Part shown: one piece after another, positions 10,271 through 19,009 of the stretch | Numbering within the stretch: position 1 is the first letter of the stretch | How the letters are laid out: every line of letters starts with the position of its first letter | DNA from: an uncultured Methanolobus sp. | GTDB lineage: Archaea; Halobacteriota; Methanosarcinia; Methanosarcinales; Methanosarcinaceae | DNA: 64,000 bases | Direction: 5' to 3' | NCBI GenBank assembly: GCA_963675495.1 | Contig: OY776215.1 | Coordinates: forward strand, 512,001-576,000 | Notes under the pieces: model-generated | Database searches by the model: none | What the model was told of the DNA's origin: nothing | What the model saw: the letters and a program-made list of their open reading frames with translations, nothing else | Made by a program: the position numbers and the translations under genes

Positions 10271-10750
10271 CTATGATTGTATACCTTGCTTTTCTTCCGC
10301 ATCATTGTATCTTATAAATGAGGGAGGGTTCAAACCATCCGTTGGATGGTAATTGATAGAGATGAACCTCATTATACTCAATACTAACAATAAAGCAGAA
10401 AAGACCAGCAAAACATCAGTCTTAAAATTATTACTGTATACCAGCACAGTGATCTCACGCATGATTGTCAGAATAGTAGCATCAGCCACATAGGTAAGCC
10501 TTATTCTCTCATGAACACGATAATCAGCGAAGGTCTTGAAGAGGTCAATGAGAACAAAGATCGTCAGAATACCGTATACTACCTGACTCAGATCACCTGT
10601 TTTCAACAATACATACCATATAGTCCGGAAAATATTGAACGTTTCTATGATTATTGCCAGCAAGAGTATGTAAAGTACTGTAACCGTCACTGCGTAAATT
10701 ACTTTTTTGTATATTTTATCATGTAATTGCATTTCGATTTTCCATGGCAA
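10271..10750 (-). CDS. Phosphate-starvation-inducible PsiE-family membrane protein
   Basis: Four TM helices; ILTIFVLIDLF...Y....RIRLTYVADATILTIMREI family pattern. Confidence 0.8.
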   Translation of the reverse strand: MPWKIEMQLHDKIYKKVIYAVTVTVLYILLLAIIIETFNIFRTIWYVLLKTGDLSQVVYGILTIFVLIDLFKTFADYRVHERIRLTYVADATILTIMREITVLVYSNNFKTDVLLVFSALLLVLSIMRFISINYHPTDGLNPPSFIRYNDAEEKQGIQS

Positions 10751-10848
10751 CCAGAATACAGTGTAAAAACAATTCTATTTTTCAAACAACAATTACAATC
10801 AACATCCAGATGAAGTTGGAAAATCAGTTAACCTGAATATTGAGAATC

Positions 10849-11013
10849 TCACTCCATTATCCCTTCGATCTTAGCACCATCATAATTGCAGCGGGTGTTG
10901 ATCACTCCCTGAAGGATGGGCTTATACTCTGCATCATCATCATCGTTTTGAACTTTGACGGAAGCGCTATACTCAGAACCATTTGTTTTTATCCATGTTT
11001 TTACTGATTTCAT
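10849..11013 (-). CDS. Unannotated 54-aa small protein
   Basis: MKSVKTWIKTNGSEYSASVKVQNDDDDAEYKPILQGVINTRCNYDGAKIEGIME*; GGAGG 8 nt before the ATG; below the ORF-track length cutoff. Confidence 0.65.
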   Translation of the reverse strand: MKSVKTWIKTNGSEYSASVKVQNDDDDAEYKPILQGVINTRCNYDGAKIEGIME

Positions 11014-11099
11014 TTTATTTCCTCCACATGTGAGTGATATTTATTACTCGTGGAATATTATATAGGATTTACACCAATATTTTAGTAGAACTATGATTG

Positions 11100-11116
11100 C
11101 CTATATATATTATAGA
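11100..11116. promoter_or_regulatory. Second copy of the CTATA-N5-TATAG operator
   Basis: CCTATATATATTATAGA, matching the reverse complement of 9484-9500 at 16/17 positions. Confidence 0.5.
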
Positions 11117-11312
11117 AAATAAAATTCATAGAAATCATGATTGGATAGAACCCCCCGATTCCCAGCCAGTAAAACAAGTTAACGATACGTTTAAGCATCC
11201 TTCTAATCATCAGGAATGACTGAGACGTTTGCCAGCTGATATTGATCGTTTTTCTACAGAGCCATAGTTTCACAGGGTTTTTTATTTTTTGAATACAAGC
11301 TGGAAGAGAGGA

Positions 11313-12698
11313 TTATTCACCCCCTCCATTAACTATTATCGTTGCTGTACCTTTTGATTCACCTGCCGTTGCGGTGACAATGTATGTCCCGGCATCTGAG
11401 CCCGGAATCGGCGTTATTGCTACCGTACCATCCTCTTCTGTCATGGAACTTGTTATCACACCATCTGGTGATATTGACATTTTGACAAAGGTACCAGAAA
11501 CAGGATTCCCATCCATATCAGTTACGTTGAATACGATAGGTTGCTGCAGTGGAATACCACCAAACACTTCCTGCCCATTACCGGAAACGACATTGAGCAT
11601 ATAAGAATCCCCGACACCTGCAGGCAACAGAAGTGTTACACATGCAACATAGCTAAGGATTATCAATAATGCTGAATGCTTGAACCCATGTTTTATCTCA
11701 CCTTCTGTGATCTGGCCGATAATAAGACCACCAAAAAGAGCGTTCAGTATGATCATGTGGAAAAAACCGCGCTCAAAATCAATATCTGAAAGACCTGCAC
11801 CCCCGAGCATTTCCATGCCCACACCCTGAATTAGTGGAAGCAGGGATGTAGAAAGGATGTACGTGAGCATCACAATGATACCCTGAGCAAGGTAGAAAAT
11901 GACAATGTACTGTTTCAGATTCGCCTCCTTTTCTTTCTGTATGTTTATTACCGCCCTCATATCCTCTGAAGTGCGAAACAGCAGGTCAGCAACATTTCCT
12001 CCTGTATATGCTGCCTGGACAACCACGTCGATATATCTGGCAACAAGGCGGCTTTTCATAGACTTTGACATCTTGTGCATGGATTCATCGAACGATTTAC
12101 CCAGCACCATTGAAGAAGCTGCATCCTGTGCATTCTTACTTATCACACCAAGATTGGTTTTTGAGAGATTAATGAACCCTTTTACAGGATCAATTCCTCC
12201 CCTCATGAGTTCTGAAAGCTTGTAAAGGAACTCACTGAAAGCCAGTTCCCTCTTTTGCAGAAGCCTTTTCTGAAGATATGAATCAATTGAAAATGGAATC
12301 AATGCCACCAGTATGGCAAATACCATTATGTGATCCAGATCGTCCCTGGCCTTATCCTCCTCAGATTCCAGTTCTATTTCCTCTTCTTCAACAGCTACGA
12401 CTTCACCCCTTTCTGCTGCCTCCGCAGCTTCCATCTCAGCCACAAGAGCTTCATATGCAGCCTGTTTTGAAGCAGCTTCATCGCTCACAGGAGTACTGCC
12501 CTGCGAATCATCAGTCACAAAAGAGTGACCGCCAAGAATAGCCATTAATATTATCATCAACGCGATAAAAATTGGAATACCAAGGGTTAGATACTCACGC
12601 TTGATATCATAGCGTATTGTCAATATCTGTACGTAACGTTGTATTGTAAGACGATATTTTTCAATATTCATAAAGTACTCCTTGAATATTTCATCCAC
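11313..12698 (-). CDS. Type II secretion/T4P membrane platform protein (TadC/GspF family) with C-terminal Ig-like domain
   Basis: FSEFLYKLSELMRGGIDP...AAYTGGNVADLL GspF domain; ALFGGLIIGQITEGEIKHGFKH; C-terminal VTDMDGNPVSG...GTYIVTATAG. Confidence 0.88.
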   Translation of the reverse strand: MDEIFKEYFMNIEKYRLTIQRYVQILTIRYDIKREYLTLGIPIFIALMIILMAILGGHSFVTDDSQGSTPVSDEAASKQAAYEALVAEMEAAEAAERGEVVAVEEEEIELESEEDKARDDLDHIMVFAILVALIPFSIDSYLQKRLLQKRELAFSEFLYKLSELMRGGIDPVKGFINLSKTNLGVISKNAQDAASSMVLGKSFDESMHKMSKSMKSRLVARYIDVVVQAAYTGGNVADLLFRTSEDMRAVINIQKEKEANLKQYIVIFYLAQGIIVMLTYILSTSLLPLIQGVGMEMLGGAGLSDIDFERGFFHMIILNALFGGLIIGQITEGEIKHGFKHSALLIILSYVACVTLLLPAGVGDSYMLNVVSGNGQEVFGGIPLQQPIVFNVTDMDGNPVSGTFVKMSISPDGVITSSMTEEDGTVAITPIPGSDAGTYIVTATAGESKGTATIIVNGGGE

Positions 12699-13585
12699 AA
12701 TAAAATCAGGAAAACAATGTTAATGAACGGTAGCATGAAGTAGACAAAGAACTGGAACATCTGTTTGGCTGTAAATGGTCCCAGATCAATACCAAGTGCA
12801 CTTGTTACCACTATCATCAGTACCACAAGTACAACGCTCATAACGACACCACTAAGGTAGCCTTCTCCATATACACCCAGAGATTCAACAAACTCCTGCT
12901 GCATCTGTCGCCTCATGTCCATGAGTTCCCTGGACTTCATATCAAGATACGTACGCAGACCTCCACCTGACTGCATGGAGTTGGCAAGATCGATACATAT
13001 GGTTCGCAGTGATTCGGAGGAAGTATTGCGAATAAGGTGATTCATAGCACTAACACCATCTTCCCCCAGAACATCCACACGGTACATTACCTTACCAAAT
13101 TCAACTGAAACATCACCATAATCCTCTATGGCAACTGTTCTGATAACATCCATAGGAGTTGAACCTGCACTCGCAAGGATAGTCATATATCCCAATGCGA
13201 AAGGCATCTCATGTTCAATGTTCATATCCTTGCTGGATATCTTATTGTAGAGCATAAAAGGAAAGCTACTCACGGAAAGACCAAATGTAATGAAAGTCAG
13301 GATACTGATGTAAACAAGCGGCGAAGAGGAAGTGCGAAAGAAAAGTAGAGAAAAGAGAAAAACTACAAATGAAGCAAAGGCAGCTGTTACCAGTGCAAGA
13401 GAAATAAACATACCAGGAGTCATCACCAAATCTGCCTGATAGAGTGATCTTGCAATCTCATCCTGCGGTTTTTTATCAATATATTTTCCAAATGCATAAC
13501 ACAACATTTTATATTTTTCAATATACTTGTTAGTATTTTCATCATTGAAAGCCTGGTGAACATCAACATTCTCGGTCTTGACCAT
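12668..13585 (-). CDS. Type II secretion/T4P membrane platform protein (TadB/GspF family)
   Basis: IEHEMPFALGYMTILASAG, YGDVSVEF, SGGGLRTYL, LGVYGEGY. Confidence 0.9.
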   Translation of the reverse strand: MVKTENVDVHQAFNDENTNKYIEKYKMLCYAFGKYIDKKPQDEIARSLYQADLVMTPGMFISLALVTAAFASFVVFLFSLLFFRTSSSPLVYISILTFITFGLSVSSFPFMLYNKISSKDMNIEHEMPFALGYMTILASAGSTPMDVIRTVAIEDYGDVSVEFGKVMYRVDVLGEDGVSAMNHLIRNTSSESLRTICIDLANSMQSGGGLRTYLDMKSRELMDMRRQMQQEFVESLGVYGEGYLSGVVMSVVLVVLMIVVTSALGIDLGPFTAKQMFQFFVYFMLPFINIVFLILLWMKYSRSTL

Positions 13586-15787
13586 TTAATGCGTCATCTC
13601 CAGCAGTTCATCTTTCTGCCTTGAGTATTTCCTGATGGCTTTTGCAACTGATTCATATTCATGAATACCGTCACGTGCCATACTTTCAAGGTACTTTGCC
13701 CTCAGATCCATTTCCCGGACAAGTTCAGCCGGATCGATACCGAATTCTTCATTTATGTCGTCAAAAAGAGCACTGCTGCCACTGAACTCATATTCATCGG
13801 TAACCGGATTCCATTTAAATACCGGGTTTGTTATCAAATCGCCACGTTCAGGATCAAGTTCTGCAATTTCCACAATCCTCAGTGCACGTCTGAGGAAGTG
13901 TTCACCAACCTTGATCATGGAATTGAAAATGACCATGTCCACACTGGCAAAAAGGTTCCTGGGCACATTCATAGGCTCAGATTCCACTCTTGAGAGCAGT
14001 TCATGTATGGAACCTGCGTGTATTGTACCCATACAGGGGTGACCGACGGAGATAGCCTGGAAGAGAGTGCCGGCTTCAGCACCACGAACCTCACCAACCA
14101 CTATGTATTCAGGTCTTTGTCTCAAAGCAGCCTTAAGCAGGTCGAAGAGTTCGATATCGCCTGCGGTTTTACCGCCTTCACTACCACCAAAACCAGCCCT
14201 TGTGATGGACTGGGTCCAGTTAGGATGCATGAGGTTCATCTCGGCAGTATCCTCAATGGAGACTATCTTATACTCCGGTGGAATGAACGCTCCAAGGGCA
14301 TTGAGTGTTGTTGTCTTACCGGAAGCAGTTCCACCTGCTGCCAGCACGGAACGTTTGTATTCCACCATGAGCCAGAAATAGGCGAGTACGGTTGAATCGT
14401 AGGTCTTGTAATTCATCAGGTCGATACAGGATACAGGATTTGATTTGAAACGCCTGATAGTAAAAGTCGAACCCCTTTTGGTAACCTCTTTTCCAAGAGT
14501 GAGGTTTGCTCGGCTCCCATCCACAAGGGTAGCATCCCTGATGGGCTCCAGCACGGAAATATGCCTGCCTGCTGCCTGTGCCATTCTCATGACGAAGTTG
14601 TTTAGCTCTATTTCTTCATAAATAACATCAGTAGCCACGGAACCATATACCCTGTGATTGACATACAGTGGCGTGAAAGGACCATTGCAAGTGATATCCT
14701 CAAGATAAGGGTCTTTCATAAGGAGATCCATCCTGTCAAATCCCATGTATTTTTTATGCAGGTAGTAGAAGAATTTGTCTTTCTGAGTTTCAGTAAGTTT
14801 CAAGCGATATATATCGACAATCAGATCAAATCTGTCCCTTAGAGCATCAACACGATCCTCTTCCTCTACTAGAAGGATCTCTGAGTGAGCCATTTTGTCA
14901 AATGCATTCTGTATGATGAAGAAAGCTTCCTTTTCAGTTTCACTTAAAGGAGGCTCAAGACATTGATATTGAAGGGATTCCCCATCAAATTCAATATGAA
15001 CATACTGGTTTTTAGGAGTTACTTCATAAGTAATATTCACTTCCTTTTGAGGAACTCCGGGAGCAGGAACAGACAGTTCACCAAAAATGAACTCAGCTTC
15101 TTCGATAGTTTCAGGTTTTGGGGTTATCATCTGCTCTATTTTTTTAAGAAGTAAAGAAGAGGAGGGCTCTTTTATGGACTCCTGTTCCTGCCCATTTACG
15201 GATGTGGATTCATCGTGATCTGTGATTTCAGTAGACGTTTTCTTGTTCTTTCGGAGATTTAAACCGAACTTCCGTTTCTTTTTAACGGGTTTGTTGTTCT
15301 GTTTTTCATCATCCAGTAGAGTACCTGCATCTTCTGATGTAGTTTTAGTTTGTTTATGCGGTTTTTTATCTTTGGAGGATTTCCTGTTTTTCTTCTTCAA
15401 GCTCAAGCCAAATTTTTTCTTTTTAGTAGGCTCTTCTTCCCCTTCAATTAAAATGGAAGAAAATTCATCTTCACCCATAACTTCATTGTCAGGAATTACA
15501 TCATTGACAGTCTGTTTACCAGATTTCTTATCAACATAGTCCAGACTATATCCAGCATCAACTTCATCCTCGTCTTTCAGGAGAGAGGTCAGTTCTTCTT
15601 TTTCTATGTGCCCGTTGCCGGAGATGAGATTGTTATCTACTCGTTCCCGGGTTTCTTCTCCGGCATGAACCGGCGTATCTTCGACACCGGTTTCTTCCGG
15701 AATGGACATAACAGGTTCAGAAGATGATTTTTTTCTACTGAACCTAGATTTTAATCGGAGTTTAGCCAATTCTGCGCCTCCAGACAA
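13586..15787 (-). CDS. Type IV pilus/archaellum-type assembly ATPase (FlaI/PilB/VirB11 family) with long N-terminal extension
   Basis: DPYLEDITCNG, GSTFTIRRF, Walker A GGTASGKTT, IEDTAE, ALRQRPEYIVVGEVRG, GHPCMGTIHA. Confidence 0.95.
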   Translation of the reverse strand: MSGGAELAKLRLKSRFSRKKSSSEPVMSIPEETGVEDTPVHAGEETRERVDNNLISGNGHIEKEELTSLLKDEDEVDAGYSLDYVDKKSGKQTVNDVIPDNEVMGEDEFSSILIEGEEEPTKKKKFGLSLKKKNRKSSKDKKPHKQTKTTSEDAGTLLDDEKQNNKPVKKKRKFGLNLRKNKKTSTEITDHDESTSVNGQEQESIKEPSSSLLLKKIEQMITPKPETIEEAEFIFGELSVPAPGVPQKEVNITYEVTPKNQYVHIEFDGESLQYQCLEPPLSETEKEAFFIIQNAFDKMAHSEILLVEEEDRVDALRDRFDLIVDIYRLKLTETQKDKFFYYLHKKYMGFDRMDLLMKDPYLEDITCNGPFTPLYVNHRVYGSVATDVIYEEIELNNFVMRMAQAAGRHISVLEPIRDATLVDGSRANLTLGKEVTKRGSTFTIRRFKSNPVSCIDLMNYKTYDSTVLAYFWLMVEYKRSVLAAGGTASGKTTTLNALGAFIPPEYKIVSIEDTAEMNLMHPNWTQSITRAGFGGSEGGKTAGDIELFDLLKAALRQRPEYIVVGEVRGAEAGTLFQAISVGHPCMGTIHAGSIHELLSRVESEPMNVPRNLFASVDMVIFNSMIKVGEHFLRRALRIVEIAELDPERGDLITNPVFKWNPVTDEYEFSGSSALFDDINEEFGIDPAELVREMDLRAKYLESMARDGIHEYESVAKAIRKYSRQKDELLEMTH

Positions 15788-16655
15788 TTAGACGTGTGAC
15801 AGCGTTTATTATCATGACAATCAGAATTAACACAAATGCGGCTGCGAAACCTTCTGAAGGTGACACCATACTTGGGAATTCAAATGCATGATACACAGTG
15901 ATTGGAAGTGATGCGACCAGATTCTGGAAAGGAGAAAAACGTATTCCAAAAAGAATACCTTCCTTTGCCGTCACACCAAATTCCGGCATGAACTGTGTGT
16001 ATCCTGCGGTCAAAACAACAACAGCTGATTCCTCGGCAGCTCTTCCTATGCTCAGAACTATACCGGTAACGATACCTGTCAGTGCATAAGGAAGAGTTAT
16101 CTTGCTCATTGTTTCCCATTTTGTAGCCCCCAGTGCATAGCTTGCCTCTTCCAGTTCATGAGGAACTGATTTTATAGCCTCTTCCGAAGCACGCTCAATC
16201 ACAGGAATTATCAGAATGGTAAGGGCAATAGCACCTGAAATAAGAGAAAAACCGCCTGTTATGAAACGCATATGATATACAAGGAACATTAATCCGAATA
16301 TCCCAAGCACGATAGAAGGAGTTCCGGAAAGTACATCTATCACAAAACTGAAGGTGCTTACCAGACGCTCGTTCTTTGCATATTTTTTCATGTATATTGC
16401 AGTCCCTACAGCCAACGGAGCTGCCAGAATTGTAGAAGTAAGAGACAGCAAAATAGTGCCTATAATTGCATTGGCAATTCCACCTCCAAAGCCTTTCGCC
16501 TCGTTTTCAGGAGTAAAGATAAATTCGGGTGTCAGGCTTGGAAGAGCTTCAAAGGCAATTTTACCAAGAATACCGAAAAGAGTAAGTGTTGCAACTGTTG
16601 CTGAAAAATAGCACAGGAATATATAAAATGTTTCTTTCATCTTTCTATGATTCAT
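15762..16655 (-). CDS. pstA: Phosphate ABC transporter permease PstA
   Basis: GGIANAIIGT, PSIVLGIFG, EEASYALGATKWET (EAA loop), IGRAAEESA. Confidence 0.93.
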   Translation of the reverse strand: MNHRKMKETFYIFLCYFSATVATLTLFGILGKIAFEALPSLTPEFIFTPENEAKGFGGGIANAIIGTILLSLTSTILAAPLAVGTAIYMKKYAKNERLVSTFSFVIDVLSGTPSIVLGIFGLMFLVYHMRFITGGFSLISGAIALTILIIPVIERASEEAIKSVPHELEEASYALGATKWETMSKITLPYALTGIVTGIVLSIGRAAEESAVVVLTAGYTQFMPEFGVTAKEGILFGIRFSPFQNLVASLPITVYHAFEFPSMVSPSEGFAAAFVLILIVMIINAVTRLIVWRRRIG

Positions 16656-17650
16656 TTACTGCCCCCCAATGACCTTGAAACAGCAACAAATATGATCTCT
16701 ATTGCAAAAAGTACTGCTGCAATTCCAAAAAGTGCAGCTCTTGGCTCGGGTTCTGAAAAGTGGTGACCTATATCATTGAGAATCTTTGAGGTCATTGCAT
16801 AGCCCGGAGCCATTATAGAAGACGGGATACAGTTGGAATTACCCAGTAACATGACAATGGCCATTGTTTCACCCATTGCACGCATCATGCCAAGTACTAC
16901 TGCAGACATGATACCACCTGATGATGCTGGCAGCACAACCCTTCTTATGGTCTCCCATCTGTTAGCTCCCAGAGAATAAGAAGCATGCCTGTTCTCAATA
17001 GAAACCGAGCGGATAGCATTTTCGGAAATAGTTGTGATAGTGGGGAAAACCATAATAGCAAGAACTGTGGAAGCCAGGAGTACCCCAACACCGGAACCAG
17101 GATTCACATCGACAAATATAGGAATAAAACCCAGGAGTGAATCGATTAGTGGTTCAATGCTGTTCTGAAATATGTTTTCCAGGACGAACAAACCAAATAT
17201 CCCGTAAACAACCGAAGGTATGCCCACCAGTAGTTCTATAAAAGGCCTGATCGTGGATGCCAGACGAGGAGATGCAATTTCCGATAGGAAAATTGCTGTG
17301 AAAATGCTTAACGGGACTGCCATTATTAATGTTACGACCGTCATTATAATGGTACCGGATATATAGGTCCTGATGCCGTATATGTTTTTACCGTAGTTCC
17401 ATTGATCACCGGTTATGAAATACAGACCCTGACTTTTAAAAACCGGTAATGCCGTGTAAAAGATGAATCCTACAAAGAAAATTACAATGAATGTTATGAA
17501 TATACTGCACATTAGAAAGAGCAGTTTTGTTGCAGTATTGTACAGTCCTCTCTGATTTGAACTGTAAGAACCGAATCCAAAAGTACTAAAAGTTTGATTC
17601 CAGGATGATTCCTTATTTGTAATCTGTTCAAAAAATTCTCTGCTGCCCAT
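16652..17650 (-). CDS. pstC: Phosphate ABC transporter permease PstC
   Basis: ELLVGIPSVVYGIFG, ASYSLGANRWET, RAMGETMAIVM. Confidence 0.94.
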   Translation of the reverse strand: MGSREFFEQITNKESSWNQTFSTFGFGSYSSNQRGLYNTATKLLFLMCSIFITFIVIFFVGFIFYTALPVFKSQGLYFITGDQWNYGKNIYGIRTYISGTIIMTVVTLIMAVPLSIFTAIFLSEIASPRLASTIRPFIELLVGIPSVVYGIFGLFVLENIFQNSIEPLIDSLLGFIPIFVDVNPGSGVGVLLASTVLAIMVFPTITTISENAIRSVSIENRHASYSLGANRWETIRRVVLPASSGGIMSAVVLGMMRAMGETMAIVMLLGNSNCIPSSIMAPGYAMTSKILNDIGHHFSEPEPRAALFGIAAVLFAIEIIFVAVSRSLGGSK

Positions 17651-17654
17651 GATA

Positions 17655-17699
17655 ATCGTTGTAAAAATAAAAGATAGATTTGTGCATCAGCACAAATCT
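17655..17699 (-). terminator. Intergenic stem-loop/partial terminator between pstS and pstC
   Basis: Perfect 10-bp stem AGATTTGTGC-ATCA-GCACAAATCT (17676-17699), followed on the minus strand by ATCTTTTATTTTT. Confidence 0.6.
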
Positions 17700-17717
17700 T
17701 TATTCAGATTTTCAGGC

Positions 17718-18701
17718 TTAACTGAAGTCAATGATTGAGAAGTATCCTACTTCTTCGAAGTATTCCATTGATGCTGGAGACTTTGCGAAGTTGATGAAGG
17801 ACTGCTCAATTGAGGATGGGTTTCCGTTTGTAAGGTAGTTGAGTGGTCTTGTAAGGTCGCTCTGGTAGGTGTCCTCACCTGAGAGACAGTCAAGTATTGC
17901 ATCTTCATCTACTACATTGTATCCATCTACACCAATGATTACTACTGCATCTGAGGAAGCTGCAAATCCATAGTCAACAAATCCGATTGATTCTGTTGTG
18001 TCTTCCACTGCTGCAAGCACACCAGCATTTCCTACTGCACCTGTAGCTTCAGAATCGTCAACATCCTTTGCGCTCGCGTAGTCGCCACCAAGGTACTTTG
18101 CGAATGTCTCTTCTGTACCACTTGCTTCTGATCTCTGGTAGACTGTGGTTACTGTACCTGATGCCTGAGTGATGTTTCCACTAGAAATTGCTACATCTAC
18201 TGTACCATCAGTACAGTTACCGTATATGTTGAAAAGCTCAGTCTGTGTAATGTTACCACCAGCGATATTGCTGTTTGCGTTGGTGATTACTACTACAGCG
18301 CTTCCACCGATCTGGTGTGCCTGGAGTGTTGGATAGTCAGTGACTGTGTCAACTTCTTTGGATGCTGAACCGATGTCAATGATGTCGAGTTCGGTTGATG
18401 TGATACCTGCACCGGATCCACCGCCCTGTACTGTTACCTTGATACCGTTGTGGTCTGCCATGTATGCTTCTGCGAGAAGTTCAGAGACTGGCTGAACTGT
18501 GGTTGAACCTGCGATAAGAAGTTCGGTTGATGCTGCAGATGTTGCGTCTGATGCACTTGCGGAGTCTGAAACGTCACTTGAGAATGATCCCATGATCGTA
18601 CCTACAGCTGCTGCACCAGCGATTGCTACCACTACTAAAACGAGGGTTGCAACGATTGGAGAAACACCAGCTTCATCGTTGAAAATTTTCTTTAAATTCA
18701 T
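17718..18701 (-). CDS. pstS: PstS-family phosphate-binding protein with type IV pilin-like (class III) N-terminus
   Basis: MNLKKIFNDEAG/VSPIVATLVLVVVAIAGAAAV; PstS motifs AGSTTVQP, GGGSGAG, RSEASGTEETF, IGFVDYG, LTRPL. Confidence 0.92.
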   Translation of the reverse strand: MNLKKIFNDEAGVSPIVATLVLVVVAIAGAAAVGTIMGSFSSDVSDSASASDATSAASTELLIAGSTTVQPVSELLAEAYMADHNGIKVTVQGGGSGAGITSTELDIIDIGSASKEVDTVTDYPTLQAHQIGGSAVVVITNANSNIAGGNITQTELFNIYGNCTDGTVDVAISSGNITQASGTVTTVYQRSEASGTEETFAKYLGGDYASAKDVDDSEATGAVGNAGVLAAVEDTTESIGFVDYGFAASSDAVVIIGVDGYNVVDEDAILDCLSGEDTYQSDLTRPLNYLTNGNPSSIEQSFINFAKSPASMEYFEEVGYFSIIDFS

Positions 18702-19009
18702 ATTTATCGTACACCAATTTTGTTTATGTTCCTATTTGCGAGCGGGGTTTAATCGCTCTGGCATCTAATTGGATGGTGAATATATAATACTTATACAAAT
18801 GATGTATATAGGCAAATAATCAATATAGATTTCTTTTTTCTCTATATACAAGTGCATATACAACAATGGATTTTACTTAAGTGTTGAATGATAAACAAAT
18901 ATAATAAAAAATAAAAGTTAGCAATCAAAAAAGAGCTAAACATAACGATAAATGTTATTGGATTGAAAACTAAAAAGAAATACAATAAAGTATTTGCGAA
19001 CTACAGTAA

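Noticed and set aside
11091-11273. 60-aa minus-strand ORF
   Set aside because: No recognisable RBS or protein features, and it runs over the putative operator.
11313-15787. ATPase/TadBC as the archaellum (flaI/flaJ) or a conjugation system
   Set aside because: No archaellins, flaCDE/F/G or che genes, and no VirB4 or relaxase. The platform is split into two genes, unlike single FlaJ.
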